Below, in pieces: positions 51,759 to 62,310 of a stretch of DNA of 64,000 bases. How positions within the stretch are numbered: position 1 is the stretch's first letter; every line of letters starts with the position of its first letter. Origin of the DNA: Candidatus Micrarchaeota archaeon (GTDB taxonomy: Archaea > Micrarchaeota > Micrarchaeia > Micrarchaeales > CABMGC01); NCBI GenBank assembly GCA_021850625.1, contig JAJZLJ010000023.1, forward strand, positions 10,219 to 74,218, given 5' to 3'. The notes beneath the pieces are model-generated. The model saw only the letters and a list, made by a program, of their open reading frames with translations, searched no databases and was not told the origin of the DNA. The position numbers and the translations under genes are program-made.

Positions 51759-52856
51759 ATGTCAGCCAGAATTAAAAACAACAATAAACACACAATTATT
51801 ACATATGCTACTTTCTTGATAAGTGTAGTTGCACTTATACTCGCTGTACTTGCGTACACTCATGTTTCGCAGAAGATAATATACTCAAATCAAACAAAAA
51901 TAATTTATATAAATTCTACCAACTCCTCAGCATCACTTAAAACTCTAAATCTTACACATTTCAATGTTACTTCTCAATTAATAAAACCTCAGCAAGAGTT
52001 TCTTCCTGCATATCCGATTATATCTGAAAATCAATCTTTTGGAAATAGGCTTACAAATATAAACAAGCCTCTCAACACAACAGAACTTTCAATAATCAAT
52101 AATGCACCTAACGCTTACTTTGAAATAGCAGGTAATATGCTTATAAATGGCAGTATAGTTAATACCGTATCGGCAAAACCTAATAAGGTGCCACCATTTA
52201 TTGTTAACGGAAAACCAAGCGTAATCTATCTAGGTTCTATAACATGTATTTTTTGCGGAGAAAATAGATGGGCAATGGCACTTGCACTTTCAAGATTTGG
52301 AAACTTTAGCAATCTTTTTGAAGGATATAGCGCTTTACAAGACAGCGACGTGCCTACAATTTACTGGTCACCATCCCATTACAATACCTCAACAGTGGAT
52401 CTAGGATCTTATTACACTAGTAATTATATCAATTTTATAGCTATAGAGGATACCTCTCCAATAACTGGAGGATTTGTAGTCCAACCTATCTTAACAATGC
52501 AGCAAGAAATAAATGCTTCTGGAAATCTTGCTTATATTGATGCGTTTAAATTTATTGAACAGATTAATAATTTTCAAGGAACGCCTTATACTATTTGGGG
52601 TACTGATCAGATTGGTGGAGCAGACGCAATAGATTTTGGCAATACTCCTCCTACATCAAGCGCAAACCTTCCACTTGTAAATATGTCTCATAGACAGGTT
52701 TTACAACAGCTTGCTACGTTTAATGATCAATTCTCTCAAACCGAGTATGCTGCTGCAGATTTGTATGTAGCTATGATATGTAGCGCATTGAATAATACCG
52801 CACCAGTATGTTCATTATCCGCAATTCAAAAGATAGAGACCACAAACAATTATTAA
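51759..52856 (+). CDS. DUF929-like thioredoxin-fold membrane-anchored protein
   Basis: GKPSVIYLG..CIFCGENRWAMALALSRFGNFS. Confidence 0.75.
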   Translation: MSARIKNNNKHTIITYATFLISVVALILAVLAYTHVSQKIIYSNQTKIIYINSTNSSASLKTLNLTHFNVTSQLIKPQQEFLPAYPIISENQSFGNRLTNINKPLNTTELSIINNAPNAYFEIAGNMLINGSIVNTVSAKPNKVPPFIVNGKPSVIYLGSITCIFCGENRWAMALALSRFGNFSNLFEGYSALQDSDVPTIYWSPSHYNTSTVDLGSYYTSNYINFIAIEDTSPITGGFVVQPILTMQQEINASGNLAYIDAFKFIEQINNFQGTPYTIWGTDQIGGADAIDFGNTPPTSSANLPLVNMSHRQVLQQLATFNDQFSQTEYAAADLYVAMICSALNNTAPVCSLSAIQKIETTNNY

Positions 52857-52893
52857 TTAACTTAATTTACATTTTATATTTAAGTGTGATTTT

Positions 52894-53706
52894 ATAACAG
52901 AAAAAATATTATCTAAGGACATAACTTATTCCTCTGGAGGATATGAAATTTCAGCATATCTTACCTATCCCGAAAAAGGAACAAATCCTGCAGTTATATT
53001 AATTCATGATATTTTTGGTCAAAGTAAGCATATGCGTGATGTATCAGCAGATTTGGCAAAAGAAGGTTATGTTGTCCTTACACCTAATTTATACTCTTCA
53101 GAACACTTTTCAAACATACTTACTCCTGAAAATATAAAAGAGGCAATGTCTTTTATGTTTTCTATACCTCTTGGGAAACAACGTGATCCTGATTATCGCA
53201 CTGCAGCTCTAAACAAGTTAGAACCAAAACAAAAAGAAACAATAGTCTCTGTTTTTTCAAAACTAATTGAAAATAGACCTGTAGACGAATTTGTTGATTA
53301 TCTTATCTCTGGAATAGATTATTTATCATCTACGAAATTAACCTCTGGTAAGGTAGGTTGTTGGGGCTTCTGTTTTGGAGGAAATATCTCCGCTAATCTT
53401 GCTTGTACTGGCAAAATTGATGCTGCAGTAATATTCTATGGTGAAAATCCTCCTATAGACAAGATAAAAAATATAAACGGAGCTATTCTCGGAATTTATG
53501 GTGGAGAAGATATGAGAATAAATCAAACACTAGATGTGTTTGTCAAAGAACTCGTATTGACAAAGAAGGAGTTTGATATAAAAGTTTATCCTGGAGTGCA
53601 TCATGCGTTTTTCAATAATACTACTGAAAAAACATACAATAAGGCAGCCGCACAAGATGCATGGACTACTGTATTAACATTTTTTGATAAAAAGCTAAAG
53701 AAATAA
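52894..53706 (+). CDS. Dienelactone hydrolase (extended to ATA start)
   Basis: In-frame upstream AYLTYP..PAVILIHDIFG; GFCFGG nucleophile, GGED, HHAFFN. Confidence 0.9.
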   Translation: MTEKILSKDITYSSGGYEISAYLTYPEKGTNPAVILIHDIFGQSKHMRDVSADLAKEGYVVLTPNLYSSEHFSNILTPENIKEAMSFMFSIPLGKQRDPDYRTAALNKLEPKQKETIVSVFSKLIENRPVDEFVDYLISGIDYLSSTKLTSGKVGCWGFCFGGNISANLACTGKIDAAVIFYGENPPIDKIKNINGAILGIYGGEDMRINQTLDVFVKELVLTKKEFDIKVYPGVHHAFFNNTTEKTYNKAAAQDAWTTVLTFFDKKLKK

Positions 53707-53765
53707 TTATTAATAAATATTTACAAAACATAAAACATTAAATAACATACTGCTGCTTATTTTTA

Positions 53766-54275
53766 ATGTTTATTATGGAACTGCAATCATCTTTAGAATT
53801 TCTAGATACTTACTCGTGGTTTTTCATAGTAGTTTTAATTCTAGCAGTAGTTCTTTTGGTCTTTTATTTAGTACAAAGCTCACAGAATTCCTATTCTTAT
53901 TGTGCCATAAACTCACAATTTCAATGTAAAAATGCTTCTGTGCTAGTCACATCCTCAGGATCCATACTCTTATTCAAGATACAAAATCTGCTTAGCACAA
54001 CAATAAGTTTTTCAAACGACAGCGTAGAAGCTTTTCCTGAATTCAATAATGTTTCTTACTATGGTTCCTGTCTGCCTACTCACGTAGTTCCAAATCAATA
54101 TACTCTCTGCAGTGTGTTTATAAATAATTATACTCCTTCTGTGGGATCGCAGATAAACTCAAGGTTCAATATCTTTTATGGCATGTGTACAAAATGTACT
54201 GCTGCATCATTTAAAAATTATGTAGTTTCCGGCACTATAACTGTAGACGTATCATCAATTCCACCTCAAAGCTGA
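53766..54275 (+). CDS. Pilin-like protein with class III-type leader
   Basis: ELQSSLEFLDTYSW + TM; architecture resembles the N-terminus of the 12398 ORF. Confidence 0.65.
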   Translation: MFIMELQSSLEFLDTYSWFFIVVLILAVVLLVFYLVQSSQNSYSYCAINSQFQCKNASVLVTSSGSILLFKIQNLLSTTISFSNDSVEAFPEFNNVSYYGSCLPTHVVPNQYTLCSVFINNYTPSVGSQINSRFNIFYGMCTKCTAASFKNYVVSGTITVDVSSIPPQS

Positions 54276-54293
54276 TATTAACATTATGGGTAG

Positions 54294-54350
54294 GAAACTC
54301 CACATCATTTATGTGTGGTATGAAAACGAACCATACAAATAAGGCACATA
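54294..54350 (+). mobile_element. Orphan copy of IS left end
   Basis: 17/19 identity to 33981-33999, then shared ATGA.AACGAA and ACAAATAAGG.A.ATA. Confidence 0.6.
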
Positions 54351-54473
54351 GATCTTCTTACCAATGAAAAAATGTATTATTATTTGATTTATTGTAAGCT
54401 TTAGATAATTACTACATATTATTCTATTGAAGCTAATAACTATATTTCTTTCATAGTCATTATTATTGGTATT

Positions 54474-55463
54474 ATGCCGGACAATCGTGTAACTATACAT
54501 AAAAAAATCATAAAAAAACAAAAAATTATAACTTCAAGCAAAACATCAAATAAAACAAAAATTGCCCAAAAAATTTCATATAACGATATAGAAGAATTCA
54601 TAATCTCTGAAATTATAACTCAAAAAATTAAATCTTCAATAAAACTCCCAATAAATACTATTATTTTTAATCTAACCGAATCTATGAAAAAACTCTCTTA
54701 CAAGCAAGGATACTCGATAGGGAGAATTATCTACTTAAACTATGGAGATACCGATAAGTTGCTTGATTTTATTGAAAGCGGTGGAATAGGAAATCTTTTT
54801 TATTATCCATACGGTGATCTTTCTATAATAAAAACCCGTTCATTACCATCAATTAACTGTGGTGCAAACATACATTTTTATGAGGCTGGAATAATGGCCG
54901 GGTACTTCTCCGCATATATGGGTAAAAATCTTAATGTTATAGAAACAAAATGCGTTAATAATGGCGCTTTGGAATGTCAATTCAATGTTTCTTCAAGCCT
55001 AATAGAACCTCAATTCTCTAAAAAATTAATAATATCTCCAGTTTCTCTTATATCGCAAGCACTAAACTCGTTACAGGACAATTCTGTTTGTTCATCTTAT
55101 ACTATATTATCTTTCTTATCTATTTTACAATCAAAAAATATATTACATAGCCTTTCAAAATTATTATTTGTATCTGGGTATGAATTTTCAAATTACTATA
55201 CTTATAAAAATTTTGACGAGGGATTATCAAAAATATCTCAATATATAGGGGTGCAAATACAAAAACAGCCAAAAAACACTAAAGCCAAAAAGTATATATA
55301 CATAAAATACAACAAATACAACTCAATACAGGAGTATGTAACACTTACCTCAAATATTTTCATAGGCTTTATAAAAGGAGTTACAAAAAAAGAAGCGTTG
55401 ATTAACATAAATATTAATAAAGATAGTGTGTATATACTTAAAATTAATCTTGGAAGCACATAA
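54474..55463 (+). CDS. V4R-domain protein
   Basis: HFYEAGIMAGYFS..VIETKCVNNGALECQF. Confidence 0.75.
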   Translation: MPDNRVTIHKKIIKKQKIITSSKTSNKTKIAQKISYNDIEEFIISEIITQKIKSSIKLPINTIIFNLTESMKKLSYKQGYSIGRIIYLNYGDTDKLLDFIESGGIGNLFYYPYGDLSIIKTRSLPSINCGANIHFYEAGIMAGYFSAYMGKNLNVIETKCVNNGALECQFNVSSSLIEPQFSKKLIISPVSLISQALNSLQDNSVCSSYTILSFLSILQSKNILHSLSKLLFVSGYEFSNYYTYKNFDEGLSKISQYIGVQIQKQPKNTKAKKYIYIKYNKYNSIQEYVTLTSNIFIGFIKGVTKKEALINININKDSVYILKINLGST

Positions 55464-55478
55464 CCCTTCGGTGGATAA

Positions 55479-56948
55479 ATGAAATTAGAATCATTAGACG
55501 GAATACTTAAACTTATACCATCAATTAAAAAACCGGCACATCCATTATCCTTTAAGGATAAACTTAAGTGGACTGCCATAGTTATAGGTATTTACTTTAC
55601 AATGTTTAGTATACCAGCTTTTGGAGTAAACTCTTCAACACTCAACAGCTCAATCTTCCAAGTAATTAACATTATCTTTGCAGCTAGGATAGGCACTCTT
55701 GTAACTGTAGGAATAGGTCCAATAGTTCTTTCTAGCATTATACTACAAATGCTTCAAGGAACTGGAGCTTTAAATATAGATCTTAATAATCCGGAACAAA
55801 AAAGCAGGCTTCAAGGCATACAAAAAATAGCTGCAATGGTAATAGCGGTAATAGAAGCAGCAATATTCACATCAACAACCATCTCGCTTACAAGCAGTTC
55901 ATTCTTTTTGATAGTGGTGCTACAGCTTGCAATAAGCGCAATAATAATCATATACTTAGACGAGATTATGGTTAAGTATGGCATAACCTCTGGTATAAAT
56001 CTTTTTATAGCCGGAGGGGTTGCATACGCAATAGTTGCTGGTACAGCTTCAATCTTAATCCCTGAAGCACAAACATCAATATTAACTGCAGGCGCCACTG
56101 CAATTCCACAAGCAATTCTTGATTTCGGGCCTTTGTTTTTTGCAATAATAATATTTCTTATAAGTATCTATATTTTAGATATGAAAATAGAACTTCCTTT
56201 GGTATTTAGCCAGTTTCGTGGAGTAGGTGGACGTCTTCCACTTCCATTTCTATATGTCAGTGTACTTCCTGTAATATTAGCAACTTCTCTAACGGTAAGT
56301 CTTGGGGTGTGGCTGCGTATAAGCGCTACCTATAGCGGAGCCGGCACTAGTTTAATACACTTTTTTGCTTATTATACAAATCAATCCAGCACCAGCGGCA
56401 CAAGCGGTGAGGTTCTTAGCGGAGGGCTTGTTTATCTAATGCAGCCACTTAGCTTTTTACCCTATTCTACAAAATATGACGGTGTAGGCGGTTATGGAAA
56501 TTATTTTTATATACTTGCAACCCAAACCTCCCCTCTATATCCTCCGTGGGGCGGAGCTCCACTTTTAATTCCAGAGTGGATTCATTTCTTAATTTACATG
56601 TTTATACTTGTAGGGCTTTGTGTTATTTTTGGTAAATTCTGGGTTGAGATGACTGGACAGAGCGCTAAACATGTTGCCGGTCAGCTTCAAGAAGTAGGCT
56701 GGCAGATTCCAGGCTTCAGGCGTGATCCTAGAATGACCGAGAGCGTACTTCAAAAGTATCTTCCCACTATAACTATTCTTGGCAGCATAGCTGTCGGTCT
56801 TCTTGCTGCGTTTGCAAGTTTAACCGGAGCAATGGGCAACGGAATGGGTATTCTTCTAACAGCAGGAATTATGTATGGAATATACCAGCAGCTAAAGAGT
56901 GAAAATATGATAGAAAGTTATCCGGCATTAGACCGAATACTTTCGTAA
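55479..56948 (+). CDS. secY: Protein translocase SecY
   Basis: KLKWT, GIGPIV, YGITSGINLFI, IPGFRRD, GILL. Confidence 0.96.
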   Translation: MKLESLDGILKLIPSIKKPAHPLSFKDKLKWTAIVIGIYFTMFSIPAFGVNSSTLNSSIFQVINIIFAARIGTLVTVGIGPIVLSSIILQMLQGTGALNIDLNNPEQKSRLQGIQKIAAMVIAVIEAAIFTSTTISLTSSSFFLIVVLQLAISAIIIIYLDEIMVKYGITSGINLFIAGGVAYAIVAGTASILIPEAQTSILTAGATAIPQAILDFGPLFFAIIIFLISIYILDMKIELPLVFSQFRGVGGRLPLPFLYVSVLPVILATSLTVSLGVWLRISATYSGAGTSLIHFFAYYTNQSSTSGTSGEVLSGGLVYLMQPLSFLPYSTKYDGVGGYGNYFYILATQTSPLYPPWGGAPLLIPEWIHFLIYMFILVGLCVIFGKFWVEMTGQSAKHVAGQLQEVGWQIPGFRRDPRMTESVLQKYLPTITILGSIAVGLLAAFASLTGAMGNGMGILLTAGIMYGIYQQLKSENMIESYPALDRILS

Positions 56949-57101
56949 TATGTCATTTTCTATTTTTTATTTTATTATTTTTTATAATTTTTTGAGTAAG
57001 TAATATTATTTCCTGCTAAATAACTTTCTATTAAGTTACATAACTGTCGTAGTTGCGTAAAAGCAATTTATACCTACATTCTCTATTATTATGGGATTTG
57101 T

Positions 57102-57521
57102 ATGGTTTTTAGCAAAACAAGTATTGGGCATACTGTTTATGTGGGCGACAGTGACACTAAATATGAGCAAAATGAGAAACAGAACACTATCAAAGAAAGA
57201 CAGCGATTGCTTTTTGATTTCATGCATACATTAAGAGGTTCAAATCCTGTAAATTTAAGGTTTCCATTAATTTAATTATGTGAAAATAAGAGTTACGGAT
57301 CTATTTTCTTGGATAGCATTTACAAAAAAATCTTTGCTAAAAAAGGAACAGAGTATTTGTCTATAGAAGACGCTGCTACCTTTATTTTAATCTATAATAA
57401 TAGAAATATTTCCAAAAAAACAAAACGAAGTATGAACTCTTTTCTTAGCGTCTCAAAAGATCCATTAATAAATGAATTGAATCTTCCATTATTCAATGCA
57501 ATAACTACAATGCGCAATTAG
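57102..57521 (+). pseudogene. Hypothetical ORF interrupted by in-frame TAA at 57273
   Basis: ATG 57102 ORF and the 57309 ORF share a frame, separated by a single stop. Confidence 0.4.
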
Positions 57522-57660
57522 ATCTTGTATACTTATCATGATACATTCAAAACCTACTTTAGTTTTAATAGAAAAGAAATACTAAACTCTTTAATTACTG
57601 TTGTGAAAAGCAGATATTAGATTTAATAGAAAGTCTTTTTAAAACCAACGTTTATATATT

Positions 57661-57855
57661 ATGCGTGATAGTTTGAACTTCAATATATTTTCAAGGCTTA
57701 AGATCTTTTACTCAAACTCAAAGCATGTTATGAGCGTAAGTTATAAGCCAGATGTCGATACCTTCAGGAAGACTATAAAAGTGGTTCTTTTAGGAACTCT
57801 TTTGCTTGGTGCTATAGCCTTTATCATATCCTTAATTATAGGTTTTATAGCTTAG
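57661..57855 (+). CDS. secE: SecE / Sec61-gamma
   Basis: HVMSVSYKPDVDTF..LG..LLGAIAFII. Confidence 0.88.
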   Translation: MRDSLNFNIFSRLKIFYSNSKHVMSVSYKPDVDTFRKTIKVVLLGTLLLGAIAFIISLIIGFIA

Positions 57856-57867
57856 TTTATTGTTTTT

Positions 57868-58656
57868 ATGGAAATAAAAATAGATTTTACTAAATCTGCA
57901 CAGGAAAATGCAACTCAATATTATGAAGCATCTAAAAAATCTAAGCTTAAGGCAGACGGTGCACTTAAATCTGTAGTTGAGCTAAAGAAAAAACTTCAGC
58001 ATGTAGAAGAGGAGAAGGAAAAAAGCAAAACTATTCATACTATAGAAAAAAGAGAATGGTATGAAAAATATAACTGGTTTTTTACAAGTACTGGTCTTCT
58101 TGTAATAGGTGGCAGAAGTGCAGATCAAAACGAAGAACTATACTCAAAGCACTTCGAAGAAAACGATCTTTTTTTCCATGGCGATATCTTTGGAGCATCT
58201 GTAGTTATCTTCAAAGGCGGTACAACTTCAACTTTAGACGAACGTTTGGAGGTTGCACAGTTCTCTGCCTCATTTTCAAAGGCATGGGAAATGGCTCAAA
58301 ATACAGTTGATGTATACTCTGTAAGCAAAGAACAAGTTACAAAAACGAGAAACTATGGATCTTTGGGCAAGGGCAGTTTTGTAATATTGGGTGAGCGTGA
58401 ATGGTACCGCGGAGTACAACTATCTTTATGCGCTTTTATAGAAGAAAAAACACTTCAGAACGGCAGTTCAAAGCGATTCAATATAATTCCAACTCTAACC
58501 TGCAATAAAAAACAAATATCTTCATTCATTTCTATAACTATTGGCAATACAAAAAAATCAGACGCAGCAAAAAAGATTTCTTTTTTACTCAAATATGACA
58601 ATATAGATTACATAATGCAACATCTGCCTCCTGGTTCTTTTTCTATAAAGCAATAA
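57868..58656 (+). CDS. Short NFACT-R (DUF814) RNA-binding protein
   Basis: SAQENATQYY, WYEKYNWF, GGRSADQNE, FFHGDIFGA, GSFVI.GER. Confidence 0.85.
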   Translation: MEIKIDFTKSAQENATQYYEASKKSKLKADGALKSVVELKKKLQHVEEEKEKSKTIHTIEKREWYEKYNWFFTSTGLLVIGGRSADQNEELYSKHFEENDLFFHGDIFGASVVIFKGGTTSTLDERLEVAQFSASFSKAWEMAQNTVDVYSVSKEQVTKTRNYGSLGKGSFVILGEREWYRGVQLSLCAFIEEKTLQNGSSKRFNIIPTLTCNKKQISSFISITIGNTKKSDAAKKISFLLKYDNIDYIMQHLPPGSFSIKQ

Positions 58657-58733
58657 ATTGATTAATACTATTCATACATATTTTGTAAAAAGTAAACCTT
58701 AAATATCAAAAAATATTAATAATATTCGATTAA

Positions 58734-59258
58734 ATGGCATCAAATAACTTAACTTTAACTACTAAGTTTGCAGATGAATACAAATTAACTGAAACTCTTA
58801 AACAACTTCAAACAAGAAGCAAGGTAAACAAAACATTAGATTTAATACGACTAGTTACAATGGGTGACAGAACCGCTGTTTCTGCAACTTGCGATTGCAT
58901 TTATTTATTTTCCAAAAGTACTTTATTAGAACTCGTAGTAGATTCATTTAGAAAAACTGCTGAAAATGAAGGTATAGACGGAGCCACAAGAAAAATAGCA
59001 AGTATAGTTCTTCGTTCAGCAGATCGAAAAAATAAATATGAAAGAAGAAACTTTAAAATTGAAGTACACGAATTCATAAAAGCAAGCAAAAACGATCCGG
59101 TAACTTTTACTCAAATGATAAAGTTGTCTTATCCGGTCATTTTTGAGGAAAACAAGGAAAAAATAAAATCAGTTTTTAACAATATAAGTTTAAAAAAATC
59201 ACAAGCAATAAAGGCAAAAGCAGAAGAGTTCAGTTCAATAGTGCGATCTCAAGTTTAA
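58734..59258 (+). CDS. Hypothetical protein
   Basis: ORF with upstream TATA-like CTTAAATA. Confidence 0.65.
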   Translation: MASNNLTLTTKFADEYKLTETLKQLQTRSKVNKTLDLIRLVTMGDRTAVSATCDCIYLFSKSTLLELVVDSFRKTAENEGIDGATRKIASIVLRSADRKNKYERRNFKIEVHEFIKASKNDPVTFTQMIKLSYPVIFEENKEKIKSVFNNISLKKSQAIKAKAEEFSSIVRSQV

Positions 59259-59276
59259 AATTATACTCTTGATTTT

Positions 59277-59786
59277 ATGAAAATTAAAAAAAAATCATTA
59301 AAAGAAATAGAAGCTGTTGAAAGTTGCATCTTAAACTTTTCAGATGATATATCAACAATTAATGAATTATTTTCTCATCTAAAAAAAATAAAACGTTCAA
59401 CACAAAGTTCAGAAGCTGTAATCTTGGTTATAGAAGCTATTAACTCTAATACTAATTCAAAAGACGCACTAAAAACTGCAAAAAAATTTGCAGATATGGC
59501 ACAAGACTCGTATCCATTTAACGCTATAGGTGATTTAGTGCTTTTACTTTCAACAGATCCAAAAACTAAAATTATAAATCAAAAAATCTATAAAAAATTA
59601 TCTTATTTAAGAAGAAAAACAACAAATCCACGTTTTGCAATAGATTTACTTCTTAATTCAGAGGATAAAGAATTAAGAATTCTTATAAACGAGGCATCCT
59701 CAAAATTAGATGAATTTTTTTCTAATATTCCAAAATTCAGAACATCTAAAATAATTTATTTTGCCAAAGAACTTATGAAAAAATAG
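59277..59786 (+). CDS. Hypothetical protein
   Basis: ORF in tandem with 58734. Confidence 0.65.
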   Translation: MKIKKKSLKEIEAVESCILNFSDDISTINELFSHLKKIKRSTQSSEAVILVIEAINSNTNSKDALKTAKKFADMAQDSYPFNAIGDLVLLLSTDPKTKIINQKIYKKLSYLRRKTTNPRFAIDLLLNSEDKELRILINEASSKLDEFFSNIPKFRTSKIIYFAKELMKK

Positions 59787-59826
59787 CAAGTATTTAATAT
59801 ATTCTTATATAATATGTATTGATGCT

Positions 59827-61194
59827 ATGATCAGAACAAAAATTATTGCTACCTACGGCCCTGCAATATCAGACCCTTTACTTCTTATCGAGGTATTAAA
59901 AGTAGCTGATATAATAAGATTTAATTTTTCACACGGTACTCCAGAAGAGAAATTAGAAGCAAAAGAACAAGTGTTGAAAATAGCCAAAAAATTAAACAAA
60001 GATATAACACTTCTTGCAGATCTTCCTGGGCCTAAAATAAGAGTATCAAAACTTGATAGCGATGTATATATAAAAACAGGTCAAGAAGTAATTTTCTCTC
60101 ATTCAAAATCGGCAAAAGTTGGCGAAATACCAATTGAATTGGATATATTTGACGATATGAAGGTTGGATGCGAAATTTCAATAGGGGATGGCAATCCCAA
60201 ATTAGAGATAATAAAATTAAAAGACAGGAAGATAATCTGCAAAGCACTTCAGGACGGAAAAATAGGCAGTAGAAAGGGAATAAATGTAAAAGGTATTGAA
60301 ATGAGCGCAGAACCTCCTACAAAAGACGATATGAAACTTATCGAGTTTGTAAAAGAGAATGGTTTTGATTATGTTGCTCTTTCCTTCGTTAAATCAAACG
60401 AAAATGTCAAAAAAGCAAGAAAAATATCTGGAGATTTATTTATAATCTCTAAAATAGAAAGAAAAGAGGCTATAGAAGACATAAACTCTATAGTGGCAGT
60501 TTCTGATGGAATAATGATAGCACGAGGAGATATGGCATTGAATATTGACTTCAATGAAGTTCCAATAGTTCAAGATAAAATAATAAAAGCTTGCAGATCT
60601 CAAGGAAAGCCGGTTATAGTTGCAACACAAATGTTAGATAGTATGACAAGAAATCAAAGTCCAACAAGGGCAGAGATGACTGATATTTCAAACGCGGTAA
60701 AGGATGGGGTTGATTGTGTAATGTTGAGCGATGAGACTGCCGCGGGCAAATATCCTGTAGATGCAATAAATGCAATGAAGAGTATAATCAGTTATACACA
60801 AGAAATGATGGATAATTTTCCACAACAAATAACCTCAGTAAATAACACCCATGAAGGAATAGCTTTGGCTGCTGCAGGCATAACACAAACCTGCAAAACT
60901 GATAGTATATTTATGCCGGTAAAGACTGGAAATACCATAAAAATAATCTCTGCATTAAGACCTAAGGCAGATATTATTGCAGTATCTAATTTAGATAAAC
61001 TTAGACGCTCTTTTGGTATGTATTACGGTGTCCGAGGGCTAAACATGGATGGTTTTTCATCAGATGAAGGTATGGTAAATGCAATAAAAAACCATGCAGA
61101 AAAAAACAATATCAATAATTATTTAATTGTGTTTGGAGCTGTAGAAAAAACAGGGCTTTCTGATACTATAAAGTGTTTCTGGAAAGAAAAATAA
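59827..61194 (+). CDS. pyk: Pyruvate kinase
   Basis: RTKIIAT, RFNFSHG, SKIE, MIARGD, ATQML, MLSDETA. Confidence 0.96.
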   Translation: MIRTKIIATYGPAISDPLLLIEVLKVADIIRFNFSHGTPEEKLEAKEQVLKIAKKLNKDITLLADLPGPKIRVSKLDSDVYIKTGQEVIFSHSKSAKVGEIPIELDIFDDMKVGCEISIGDGNPKLEIIKLKDRKIICKALQDGKIGSRKGINVKGIEMSAEPPTKDDMKLIEFVKENGFDYVALSFVKSNENVKKARKISGDLFIISKIERKEAIEDINSIVAVSDGIMIARGDMALNIDFNEVPIVQDKIIKACRSQGKPVIVATQMLDSMTRNQSPTRAEMTDISNAVKDGVDCVMLSDETAAGKYPVDAINAMKSIISYTQEMMDNFPQQITSVNNTHEGIALAAAGITQTCKTDSIFMPVKTGNTIKIISALRPKADIIAVSNLDKLRRSFGMYYGVRGLNMDGFSSDEGMVNAIKNHAEKNNINNYLIVFGAVEKTGLSDTIKCFWKEK

Positions 61195-61215
61195 AAACAT
61201 TTAAAAATTAAAAAA

Positions 61216-62310
61216 TCAGAAAAAATTAAATCTTTTTTTATCCTGCGTTTTGTTCTCGCGCAGCTCTTTAAACTTTTTAATTTCGGCTTCTTCATCACTT
61301 GAAAGAGACTTCGGTATTTCTACATTTATCGTTATTATTTCATCTCCATAATAATTACTCCCAATTCTTCTAATACCTTTATTTTTTAATCGTATATTGC
61401 TTCCAGGCTGTGTGCCTTGTGATATGTTTACTTCTTTAGGACCATCAAGTGTTGGTACATTTACACTTCCTCCTAAAATAGCTATATAAAACGGAATTTC
61501 AATGTGCGCATGTATATCATCTCCTTCGCGCTCGAAGATCTTATCCTTTGCAACCTGTATCTCAAGATACATATCTCCAGAACCTTCTTTGCTATAATCT
61601 CCCATACCATCAAGCTTAAGGCGCATGCCATCCTTAACTCCTTCCGGTATCTTAATGTCTACCTTTTCGTTTGCCACAATGCCTCCTTTTCCACGGCATT
61701 CCTTGCATTTTTTTTCATAGAAACTTCCTGTTCCTCCACAATCATTACATATAGTTACTGTTTGCATAGCACCAAAAAATGTATTTACAGTTCTACGAAC
61801 CCTTCCGGCTCCTCTACAAATGCTACATTTTACTACTTTGGATCCAGGTTCACCGCCTGTTCCATTACAATGTTTGCATCGTGAAACATGTTTTATCTCT
61901 ATAGTTTTATCGGCCCCTTTAGCAGCCTCAATAAAACTTAGTTTTAAGCCATATGCTATGTCTCCTCCACCCTGCTGGCCACCTGCTCCATAGCTAAATC
62001 TTCCATTCCCGAAATCAACATTGAAGCCCATCTCCTTGAAAATATCATTTATGTTAAAGTTTCTAAAGATATCCTCCTCGCTATACTGTCTATTGAACTG
62101 CTCAGGGCCATAGGAATCATACTGCCTTCTTTTATCTTCATTACTAAGTACAGCATAAGCCTCATTTATCTTCTTAAACTTCTCTTCTGCATCCTTTCCA
62201 CTGTTTCTATCTGGGTGATATTTAAGCGCAAGCTCACGATAAGCTTTTTTTATCTCATCTTGAGTCGCTTTTTTATCTACTCCCAATATTTCGTAGAAGT
62301 CATCGCTCAT
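61216..62310 (-). CDS. dnaJ: Chaperone DnaJ
   Basis: HPD; four CxxCxGxG motifs. Confidence 0.97.
   Translation of the reverse strand: MSDDFYEILGVDKKATQDEIKKAYRELALKYHPDRNSGKDAEEKFKKINEAYAVLSNEDKRRQYDSYGPEQFNRQYSEEDIFRNFNINDIFKEMGFNVDFGNGRFSYGAGGQQGGGDIAYGLKLSFIEAAKGADKTIEIKHVSRCKHCNGTGGEPGSKVVKCSICRGAGRVRRTVNTFFGAMQTVTICNDCGGTGSFYEKKCKECRGKGGIVANEKVDIKIPEGVKDGMRLKLDGMGDYSKEGSGDMYLEIQVAKDKIFEREGDDIHAHIEIPFYIAILGGSVNVPTLDGPKEVNISQGTQPGSNIRLKNKGIRRIGSNYYGDEIITINVEIPKSLSSDEEAEIKKFKELRENKTQDKKRFNFF

Noticed and set aside
57234..57250. GGTTCAAATCC T-loop-like motif
   Set aside because: Imperfect stem and no acceptor or anticodon arms
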